Shown here: positions 52,764 through 64,000 of the stretch, piece after piece
Numbering within the stretch: the stretch's first letter is position 1
Layout of the letters: each line of letters begins with the position of its first letter
Made by a program: the position numbers and the translations under genes
Notes under the pieces: model-generated
Seen by the model: only the letters and a program-made list of their open reading frames with translations
Databases searched by the model: none
What the model was told of the DNA's origin: nothing
Assembly: GCA_964035545.1 (NCBI GenBank)
Contig: OZ037769.1
Location: 11,438,633-11,502,632, forward strand
Direction: 5' to 3'
Source of the DNA: Bugula neritina
Taxonomy: Eukaryota; Animalia; Bryozoa
Length of the DNA: 64,000 bases

Positions 52764-55700
52764 TTAGAAAGCAACAGGGATATCTGCCATAGAACGCCTG
52801 CAAAAGAACATAACCCAAATTAAAAGCAGGAATATAAGGTAAAATATTATGTTAAAGCTATCATTGGAATAATTGGTATTCAATCTTGGCAATGACAAAT
52901 GCAATATTTCCTTATCAAAGTAAAAACTGTACATGAATATAACTCGTGCGAAGTCATGCGTGTAATGAAAGTTTAGAGTGAGAATCGGAGATGCAAGTCA
53001 AAACCAGTCACACTCCCAGGTGAAATATGAGTAGAAGTGCTAGTGTATACAACTTCCTTATACCTGACTTATAGCATGTGTATGTGTAGTATATTATATA
53101 TGTAGGGCAGATGATGTCATGACTAATAGCTAGATATGACATTGGTGCTGACAGTTATTGGTGAAAATATAAAATATTCACTCTAATGAAAGGCATCAGG
53201 AAACAGCTGTGTCATATAGTCATATACTGCCTGTGAGTTGCTACGCAGAAGAAGCAAGGCATTTTACCTTTCCATGTTTACTAATGCATTTTACCAGCAC
53301 TTTTAGCCGTAATCATTAAAACTTTGGCAGAGCAATGAACTGAGATTGATGAATTGCAGTAGTAAAAAAGTTTTAATTTTTTATATTCTTTTAATAACTA
53401 GATTTTTATTCCATAATAGCATCAATTAGTTGCATCTAAAATGGTAAATTAAACAGAGTGTACATACTCCGTAGTTCATCAAGTAAGAAATTACACATGC
53501 CATTGCTTATTTCTATGTTATCAACTGTTTATGAAAGATACTTTATATGAAATAATAAATGTTTTATGTGATTTTACAAAAATAAAAAAGACAAGCAATG
53601 CAGCATCAGCAATCAACGAAAATATGTTTGAAGAAATACTCTTGTGCAGTTTTACTTTATTTGTTAAAACTCAATTGAAAATTATTGTATAATGTAGACT
53701 AAAAAGTATACATTGCACGTTTATGTTGCTTCCTATGATATAATATATATGTATATATACATATATATGTATATATGTATATATGTATATATGTATATAT
53801 GTATATATATATATATATATATAGCATGAGATAAAATCATGTCCTCGTTGTGCCACATGCACACTCACCTGTTGCCAGCAGTGTCTTCTGCAGAACTTGT
53901 TCTCCCGACTCTACAGTCACTCATAAACCTCTGTCTACCTCCAGCTGTAGTCTCATTCTTTAGAAATCTTACTGTCTTTCTCCGCTGTGCCTGAAGTGGT
54001 ATCATAAGCCAACTGTTGAGCGATATGTCAGAAAGGAAATGATATTATTTAAACTTTAAAGTGATTAATAAAATCATAAAGATCACAAACAAGGAGCAAA
54101 TTTCAAGTAATTATTAGACTTAGTTCACTAGCTTCAAATAGAGGCTGAGTGTGCTGAGGATTTTCAAACTACTGCTGCAAACTACTTAATAAAAAGTAGC
54201 TAGAACTACCATCACAATTCTAAAATAATGTTGATTTTTTTTCTTTTCATTACATGGATTTGACAAAATTGTGGCAGCTTAAAACCCAATACAAACTCTG
54301 GTGCCTGAATCCTAAACGTGTACCCTATATATACTATTAGTTACAGCACCATGATCTCTTCACAGACACCCTAATATTTTTCATACACCCTGATCTCTTC
54401 ACAGACACCCTGATCTCTTCACAAACATCTGCTACGACCATATACTTACACCGGAAAGTTTCCGTAATTGGTTTTCAATCTGATCCGTATTTCCGTTGGT
54501 GAGTGACTCTAGTTTTGGACCCAAGGCTTCGTCTAGAGTGGTAACAGCAGTGACAGGAGAGGAGAGGTTCTTAATAATCTTCTTAGTTGTAGCTCTGAGA
54601 CTTTTCCTCACCACATTATCTATATAAAGCACAAATAACACATGTCTAGATACACATATCCAATGAGCTTGTAAAATCAATTTGAAATTGAATTTTTATT
54701 AAAAACGACTAAAAACACAGGTTGAATGCAAGACATGCTTTGTTACACTGTTTTAAACGAAAGGTAAATTGATCATCTGCAAATCTCAAAATTGAAAAAA
54801 GGTTAAGACCGAAATAATTCGAAACACTGCCTCTCTTTGGATTATACTGACATTGCAGACAGAAAACAACACACACAGTCGCTGATCTCAAGCAACTAAA
54901 TTAAGGGACTTAGAATGAACTTTACAGAGTAACGCCAATAGCTTACTCCTAGAGAAGATGTTGGGGTCAACTTCATCAGGGTCAGTAGATACCGAATTGT
55001 TGTCATCGTCTACGTCACTTTCTATGCCTTCATCGGCTTCATCGTTAGCGTCATCATCAGTCTGAGCTGTCATACGTACAATGTTTTCCCACTGCTGGGC
55101 AGAGTCTACAGAAGTGAGACCATTGTATTGTATTGTATTGCATTACACAGTCTTATATTGTGTTGTATTGTACTTTATTACTTTACATTGTATTGATCGG
55201 TAATGTATTGCATTGTGTTGTATTACTTTACATTGTATTGCATTACACTGTATGGTATAGTATTGTATTGCATTACTGTACATTGTATTGTATTGGACTG
55301 AGCTGCAATGTATTGCATTGTGTTGTTTTATATTGTATTACTTTACATTGAATTGCACTGCATTACACTGTATTGTATTGTGTCACATTGTATTGCTTTA
55401 CTTGACAATGTATTACATTGTATTGTATTACACTTAATTGCAATGTGTTGCATTGTATTATATTGTACTGAGTTGCATTTATTGTATTAAATCGTGTTAT
55501 TTTGTATGACATAACATTACAGTGCATTGCATTGTATAACAATACAAACAGTTTATAAAACTTTACCATAAAGTAGACAGTACTTTTGTATATATAGTAA
55601 TCATCACCTTGCTTTTTAGGTCTCATTTTGGTCGACGCCATGATATGCCAGAATGTGCCTAGTCGGTGCACAATCATGCCCAAAGCCTGAATACCCAAAA

Positions 55701-58700
55701 CCAGAACAAAGAAAAACAGAAAAATGACGGAAAGGGGGTCAACATCAATTTCTCCTTTTTTCTTCCCACATGGCCTATGAGAAAAAGAAATAGATACCAC
55801 TAATGCATAACCCCAGCTCACTTACATAAGCTAAAAGCAACTAAAGTATTACATGCACTAAAACTTACACAATAGAATACACATAATCTCAAAAAGTTTA
55901 TAAAAAGAGATAGGAATTTAGTTGAAGCTTAATGCATTAAATCAAAAGCATATTTTACCCTAAAATTTATTAGTTGAATAGTCATGCAATCTCATCACAT
56001 ACATTATGTAGTTTAGTTTATGTACATGCAACTAAATTTACATTACATAAATGTTTAGTCACATTTGAGCTTTAAGAGCTTTTACCACACGAGTTGCTGA
56101 TACAAATCAATAAAATGATTGCAGCTAACTTACCAAGGAAGATACAGTTTACTGGCATTTTCCTGCAGTGTGTAGACAATCGTGATGAACATGGTATTGG
56201 TTAGGAAAAAAGCAAAGTTGACATTCTTTCTTAGATCCTTGAGTTGCATTTCAACCTATTGAAAACAAATCATACAAATATTTCCTGTTAAAAAATCAGA
56301 CGAAATAATCTGGTGTTGCCAAGTCAATCAGTCACACGATATTACACTTTCATAAGCTAGCCTTGCCTTTTCTTGATGCGTTGCACTCTTGTCTAAAGGT
56401 TTCAGCAGCTTTTCTATGAAGTCCGTCCAGAATTCTATCTCTTCCTGCTTAAGGTGCTTTATCTCGCCGTCACCAGTGTCGGAATCTTCTGCCCAGAAGG
56501 GGTCAACGAGATCATCTCGGCAAGCGATAATATTGCTGGGCTCTGCAAATTACCAGAATATAAAACCAGGCACAGCATGAATGATAATATTTAAATATGT
56601 TTCAGTGACAAACACCAGCAGTAGTTTTACAATAAATTCGTATAGCTCAAAATAATCCGCACATATAAAATTAAAAACTAATAAAGTCAATAAATTCAAT
56701 TAGTCTGAACTGCAGCTTATCTTGAGACTAATACAAATATATGTGCGCTAACGACTTCCATAAGCAAATAAACTTAAATTAGGTTTACAGACATGCAACT
56801 CACTTACAAGTCCATATAATGTGATTAAATATGAAATAAATGGTAATTTATGGAGTACCTCTAAGAGATGTTGGACGCCTCCTTACGCTATGTGACCGAC
56901 TGACAATCGAGTTAGATCGACCAACGCTTGAACTAGACAGTTTGTGGCCAATCTTTTCTCTAGGCTGTTCTATAAAGACGTCACGAGCCTCATCGCCATC
57001 CTCCGAGTCATCAGAGTCAGTGACACAGTTGCTGGACTGATCGTCAGCAGACGTTCTGGTTGGTAGCAGACGTTCATATACTAGCGTCTGCAACTGATCT
57101 AACCTGTAACAGCATACACGTACCCGTGAGACCTAATAATTCACCCAGCCTCTAACTGATTATGTAAGGAAATATCTCAAACTAGTCATGTAGTGAAATA
57201 CCTTTATAAAACTATTAAATACTCATAAAAATGAATAAAATCAATATGTATGCATATAAATTGAAAGCACCATATATTGAGAAAGGTTATATGAAAAATC
57301 GCATAAACACTGCAACATTTCCTTAAATTTCTTATTAAGTTGTTGTATTTCCTAACAACTCGACACCCAAATGATATAAAACAGTCCATATCCTAATTTA
57401 GACAGCTTGTCGTTCAAAATCATATAACGTTTCATACTTTTTGTTTATTTGCCAGTACTCTTCATTTCTTTTTTGCTGAGACGGTTTGGGACAACAAAAA
57501 CAATGAAAGACATTTCCACAAGCAAATCTAGTTCCTTCAGTCTCAGTGGATGTAGAAGCAGATTCTACAATTGAAAGCAACACCTAACATAGCATTGGAT
57601 TGTTTTGCTATGAAAGTGTTCAGTCATTACCAATATTATATGTTCATCCAGGAAATAAATAAATTTGAACTCGGGCAATGTTTAAAACTTGAAGTAAAAT
57701 GAAATCTGATTTCAGTTAACACAATGGTATCTGCAGTCACAATAGGACCTTGCATATAACTATGTGAAAAATACATAACCAAAACTAGATATACACATAG
57801 CTTAGCTTAACAAACTGTATTCCTAAAGTGTACTACTTGTTCTCATCGCACTATTTATACAGCAAAAGGCTTTTTAATTTACCTTTCAATCAATTTGTAA
57901 ATGATGACTAGTTTTACAAAAGCATTTTTGACTGCCTATGCAAAATTTCAGCATACAATGAAAAATACCCCTGAGAACTAAAGCTGTATTAAAAAAAACT
58001 GTATTATGTTAGATTATGTTACACTAAATTACACAGTACCATATTGTAAGACAGATTATGCAATTATAGTTCAGATAACATTCAACAGTGGATAAATAAA
58101 TGGCCTAGTCTTGCAGTGTCATACATGATCACTTCACCAGTTACGCTAGTAGATTGCAATAACTTTTTAAATAATTTTGGCTATTTAAAAAAGGTTTTCA
58201 GTAACACTCAAGTTGTTTTGTAGAAAATATTTTTCTAATATATAATCTAGAAATACTTTAGTATCATTCTAATATATAATCTAGAAATACTTTAGTATCA
58301 TTCTAATATATAATCTAGAAATACTTTAGTGTCATCTTAATATATTATATTCTAGAAATACCTACTTCAATATCACTCTACATATATTCTAATAATTATA
58401 TTCAAGTATACTTTGACTACGTCCAATTCATATCTAAACCCACTCACCACTTCCACCCTTCCATACAGATGTTATCATATCAATGACACTCTTCCTTTTA
58501 GAGCTCATAGCCTTTGCCTTTGCTGCCCTGTCGGCAGCTTCCTGCTGCTCGGTGGGCGTCAGCACCGTCTCTCTGGTGCCCCAAGACACGTTGTTTATAT
58601 TGATGAAGGAGAAGACAATGAGCAACATGTACATGCAGGGAATGAGGGCGTAGTAAGTCACGCCGTGTAGCACACACGATATCTCCTACAAATAATATAT

Positions 58701-61700
58701 GTGTATACGTTTGTGCATATGTACGTGGGCGTATGTACGTGTGCGTATGTATGTGCGCGTGCATATATGTATCTACTACAAACAATGTATGTGTAAAGTA
58801 AATTAAAAAGTTTGAATCCAGTCATGTGCAGTGAATACAAATATAAAAACTCAAGTTTGACATAGTCACAAATTAATACATCCACCAAGCTAGTTAGTAA
58901 GCCCAATAACTTTCTCTCTGTTGGATAAAATAATAAGAGCGGATGACAACATTCTGAGTACGTCACGCACCTGTGGATGTAATATGGCGGAGAATATAAA
59001 AGTGCCGGCAACTGTGTAAAAGAAGACAGAGGTGGGGGAGCAGTAGTTACTGGCCATGTCTATTATGATGGATATGAGCACAAGGCACATGACCAGAGCA
59101 TAGATAATACCCAGCAGCTTGGCCATCTTTAGCTGAAATATACATGGTCCTCATAATTCATTACATTATTCCTTGTATGTTGAGAATATTTCAGTGTGAA
59201 TGTGAGAGCTTACATCTGTTACACACGCTAAACATGCCAAAAAAAATCAAAATGACCACTAAAAGAAACACTAAACTCGTTTCGAATCGATAAAAAAAAC
59301 TTTCATGGAAATTTTGCTGACTAATAACAGAGAACTGGGTTACTATAATGATTAGGTGTCATCCCACTTAGACGTTTCCCTATTAGACGACTTTTTGATT
59401 TTGGTACAAATAAATCCTGAAATTTGAACTAGACACCATAAAGTATGTTTAGCTACACCAGAACTCTGAGAGAAAGAAGAGTTTATTAGCACATTATAAT
59501 ATACACTTGTCTGGTAACAAAATTTACAGCTTGTAGCTTAGCAATACTTTTTATATCATTGAATTGTGTCAGATCTATTTTATTTAGAAGTAAATACAGA
59601 GGTAAGTATGTTATAAGCACCGAGGCTTATAGTAGGTATAAAAATGTCATACAAATTACAATATCAATTTATATCTTAAAAACACATAAAATCAATAAAT
59701 CGTTTTGTTCTCAACTAACTAGTCTCGAAAGTGTTAAGCTGCACAATATTATCAACTTTGTCTACCTGTGTACTGGACTTGACGTTGAAGCTCACGATAA
59801 CAAATATCAGGTTGGGTATCAGGTTGATGATGAGACAATCAGACAGACTGAGACTTTTGATGGCGACTTGAAGTGCTCCGGTGATCATCATGAATATAGT
59901 TCCAGGTCCAATGATGGAGGCGAAGAACTGAGCAGCTTGATAGATGACGTAGACTAGACTCATGTCGCTATAGTGGTAAGTAGGTAACATATGTAAGTAT
60001 AGAGTAAGTAGGTAACAAAGGTAAATACAGAGTAAGTAAGTAACAAAGGTAAGTATAGAGTAAGTAGGTAACATATGTAAGTATAGAGTAAGTAAGTAAC
60101 AAAGGCAAATACAGAGTAAGTAGGTAACAAAGGTAAATACAGAGTAAGTAGGTAAGAAAGGTAAATATAGAGTAAGTAGGTAGCAAAGGTAAATACAGAG
60201 TAAGTAAGTATCAAAGGTAAGTATAGAGTAAGTAGGTAACATAGGTAAATACAGATTAAGCAAGTATCCATGTTACTACTTCTTACTACACTTACCTAAT
60301 GGTATGTACTTACTACACTTACCTGTTGGTACGTATAACATGATTAGCATCCATGATTAAATCGAGTATATTTGCCATTGTAGAAGGACCCCATCTTCTC
60401 CGCTGGTTGAAGAACTCATCAAAGCTTTCTGGAGCATATGTGAAGGCATCAGCTGCTGCGTTGTATTCTACTTTGTATCCAGCTTGTAACAGAAGTGTAC
60501 ACAACCACCTGTCTTCACCTGTCAATAATAAGCGATGGTTATACAATACTAAGCTACACAAATAACTTACCCTGATCATACTGTAAGTAGTGTGCTGCCT
60601 TAGTAAATACAGTACTTACCCTGATTATACTGTAAGTAGTGTGCTGCCTTAGTAGATACAATAACTTACCCTGATCGTACTGTAAGTAGTGTGTTGCCTC
60701 AGTAGACACAGTAACTTACCCTGATCATACTGTAAGTAGTGTGCTGCCTTATCAGATACAATAACTTACCCTGATCGTACTGTAAGTAGTGTGCTGCCTT
60801 ATCAGATACAGTAACTTACCCTGATTATACTGTAAGTAGTGTGCTGCCTTAGTAGACACAGTAACTTACCCTGATCGTACTGTAAGTAGTCTGTTGCCTT
60901 CTCAGATACTGTGGCGTATTTAGCCATGACATTCTCTTGCATCAGAGCCTCAGCTCTAAACAAGCTAAAACATCCGGGAGAGCAGAGTACACAACCCAAC
61001 ACGTGCTCAGTTGCCTTCTGAAGCCAGTGGGCTATGGCATACTCAAACTTCTGGTACCATATCAAAGGACCTATGTAAGACAAAAGTGAAAATGAAAAAA
61101 GTCATACAAGTATGATATACTTTGTTAGCAGTCAGTAAACCGTAGCTGCTACTCATGGGTGAACCTTGTAGCAGAGATCTCTATAGATGCAGGAGGGGAT
61201 AACTTAAACCTTTTAAACAAGCTCTCTGTGTTTCTCCCAATGCGAGAAAATTTGCCAGTAATCAAGTTCTAAAGCCTTTCTAACAAATTCATCATCCCGA
61301 GTTCTGATTGGGCAATATAAACATCTGTTAGCTGATATAGCAGACAGCAGGTTCATGGTTTCAGCAGGTGGTGTACAATAATAGCATCTGTGCCTTAAGG
61401 GCTGCTTGGCTTCAATTTATTAGACAAAAACTATGAATTTATTATCTTAAAGGTACATAGTACATTATAGTACGTTAAATGTACTATAATGTACTATGAT
61501 ACTAGATTGAAAATGTTACATGTGTGCTATTCCCAACACCCATCACCCAACAAAGAACTGCTCTGGGAAGAAACCCCCTTTAAAAAAATGTTACATCATA
61601 TCGTAGACTATTTATAATCGTTTGCTTTATGCTCAAGTTTTCTGGAATTAATTTCTAAATTAGAAAACCTAAAGTGATGTTGCCAGAAAGTTGAAATAAA

Positions 61701-63293
61701 ATTATCTCAATAATATATAGGTAACCTAACAATACAAGTCAACCTCACACAGTCACACAACAGATGATCAAATCACCCTTAAATTTATCCATAATAAGTG
61801 CATTGACACTTGTGGAGGCAGGCAAGTGAAAGCAGGTGTATACAACACATAGCGTGACAATACCTCTTCCGATTGGATGAATTCGTCCACAAGCAGCACC
61901 AACTCTGTCATTTTTCTTCATCATGTCAACTAAAAGGAGAACAGCCTCTGGCTTGAAGTCAACATCACCATCTAGAGCTAGAAGGTATGTGTTTCTGGCA
62001 GCTTTCTCTTTGTCAGCAGCAGAAAAATGTGGATTATTCATGAGCTGCTGACCCAGAAAGTAGTACATGTACATGACCTACATAAAACGTAAGTAACAAT
62101 ACATGTACATCACCTACATAAGACGTAAGTAACAATACATGTACATCACCTATATGAAATGTGGGTAACAAATTCATGTATTTTACTTACATGAAACGTA
62201 AATATGAATCTAATAAATTCTCATTCTAGTGTCATGCAGGGCCAGAAAAAACACTTCGTTTCATTTAGGGAGCAAATTTTCAATCAAATATTTTCCCAAG
62301 CAAGAAATCCAACCTGACTCCATCTCTTCTTATGACGGACCTTCATCTTGTCTTTGAGATGAACTATAAGCCTGCTACCGCTGGGCAGATCCCATTCTAG
62401 TCGTCCACCGTAAGGGGTGGGGAACTTTACTGGGTCTTTCACGGTCAGATTGAGTTTGGGATAATAGAGTCTGCAGCAGAATACCAGAACAGCTACCAGA
62501 GTGTTAACTGATCACGTCAGCAAATATTTCACAAACATAAATAAACTTGAATACTATTGATTATATATCGTCAGCCAATCATGCAAATATATTCATAATT
62601 TAAAATAATGAAAAGGTATTTGAAACATAAAACTAGTGAATTCATCAGTTATGACTCCAAATATGAATTAATACGCAGGTTGGTAGAATAAAGCCATCAA
62701 GGTATAAATTTATAACTCTTCAGCTCATTAGATTGAGTGGCTTTTTCTGTGTTTTAGGTAAACAAATGTTCGCATTGTCAACTCCAAGATACAAAATTTA
62801 TTAAACATCAATTGAAGAGAAATTGTAAAAGTGCAGACAAACAAGAGTTATTAGTTAGGCGGTCATTATAACTAACTTTTGTTAGACCCATCCAGTTTTG
62901 TCTCTACCACTGAAGTTAGTCATGATAGTGAAATACTATTGTATGCTTATTGAACATTCACACTACATCACACAATACAGTAGAGTTTAGATAATACACT
63001 GCACTATACACTTCATCATACATTATATTGCAAATTTCATTATAGATTACATGCTACATTACATATTAAATTGCATTATGATTATACATTACACTTTACA
63101 TTACACTTTACATTATAATTAAATTATTCATTACAGATTACATTAAACATCATAATCTTTAAATTAATAGCCTCAAATACTCACGCAATAGACTGAGGTA
63201 AGACCTGTATGAGCTGTTTGACGTACGAGTTTATAGTGTAATGTCCCCCATTGTTGTTGTGAGGCTGAAAAGCATCGTCGAAGAATATGTGGG
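52764..63293 (-). CDS. CHS: Chitin synthase (metazoan type); 5' part lies beyond the window end
   Basis: Spliced exons give AHIFFDDAF, TPYGGRL..VHLKDK..RHKKRWSQVMYMYY, LALDGDVDF, VGAACGRIHP, WYQKFEYAIAHWLQKATEHVLGCVLCSPGCFSLFR, QYDQGEDRWLCTLL, FNQRRRWGPST, the TM block, NINNVSWGTRE, the coiled coil FWTDFIEKLLKPL..QLKDLR and GMIVHRLGTFWHI. The inferred stop at 52764-52766 and the last two exons are less certain. Confidence 0.96.
55120..55540. repeat. Degenerate (ATTGT/ATTGC)n pentanucleotide array in a CHS intron
   Basis: Seen directly. A similar degenerate array lies at ~62960-63150. Confidence 0.9.
58233..58345. repeat. 34-bp tandem repeat, 3 copies
   Basis: Unit TTCTAATATATAATCTAGAAATACTTTAGTATCA. 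Confidence 0.88.
59975..60268. repeat. 28-bp minisatellite (~10 copies) filling a CHS intron
   Basis: Unit AGAGTAAGTAGGTAACAAAGGTAAATAC and variants. Confidence 0.93.
60561..60911. repeat. 50-bp tandem repeat (7 copies) made of the CHS exon 3' end plus its splice donor
   Basis: Donor-equivalent CTTAC ends at 60570, 60619, 60669, 60719, 60769, 60819 and 60869. Each unit is ~42 nt of exon plus ~8 nt of intron. Confidence 0.96.
62064..62202. repeat. 36-bp tandem repeat (3-4 copies) made of the CHS acceptor plus the exon start
   Basis: Minus strand: TTGTTACTTACGTyTTATGTAG|GTsATGTACATGTA repeated. The real acceptor is at 62078. Confidence 0.9.
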
Positions 63294-64000
63294 CTACAAT
63301 GTACGTATACATGTATACCATTATATCTCATTGTATGCACACATAAATGACATCTCATTGTACATACACATATGCCATATCTCATTATGTAAAAGAAAAT
63401 GTGGACTACAACGTATATGCACATGTTTAGATTTAACCATACACGCATTGGGTAAAAACGGACAGAAAATTTTGTAAGCGCCTTGGCATTAAATATTAGC
63501 AAATTTACAAAACTAGCAAAGGAAGAGCCAGTGAGTTATTCTTTGTATGACAAAAGTGTAAACTAGGCAGACATATCATTAGTTCTATTATTACAGGTAG
63601 AAAGTTGAGTTACAGCCTCGGTAGACTCCAACGCCCTTTATATTCACAATCTTTGCGAGAGCCAAATTTAAATAATTCGTCTATATATTTAAAGTTGCTT
63701 TACTTCAAGTCATGCTAGAACATGACTCAAAGGCATTAAAATGGACTTTGCTAGGATACTCATGTTACTGGACATCTTAGTGGGACCACAGTTTAGCTAA
63801 ACATGTGTCTTTACCCACTAAAGTATACCTAATCTTTTAAATATGAATACAATAATGGCAGTGAACTATTTCCAGCATTTACATGAAAAGGAAGCTATTC
63901 AAAAGCATATACTACACGCTGCAAGAACATGCTAGAAATATGCTATATACATTCTATAAACATGCTATACATACACTATAAATATGCTATACATATGCTA

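Noticed and set aside
8428-62202. Tandem arrays as CRISPR arrays
   Set aside because: Contiguous units with no unique spacers, no cas genes, and a eukaryotic intron context.

Overview
AT-rich genomic DNA from a eukaryote, most likely an invertebrate animal (intron-rich genes and a metazoan-type chitin synthase). I could splice seven protein-coding genes by hand: the STYXL1 pseudophosphatase (+), a BRD10/KIAA2026-like bromodomain protein (-), a p24-gamma/TMED cargo receptor (+), a two-pore K+ channel (+), an ankyrin-repeat protein with a C-terminal CARD that the ORF track does not show (-), SCAMP (+), and the 3' part of a chitin synthase (-). Introns and intergenic DNA hold a hAT element with a nested element, a related hAT MITE, a probable solo LTR, LINE and SINE remnants, and many minisatellites. 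Three observations stand out. (1) In three different genes, exon-intron junctions are tandemly duplicated, creating arrays of extra splice donors or acceptors. (2) The ANK-CARD protein has an adaptor-like architecture. (3) The two divergent intergenic regions share short sequence words, including an identical 19-mer. Exon coordinates were read by eye and may be off by a few bases. No database searches were run.
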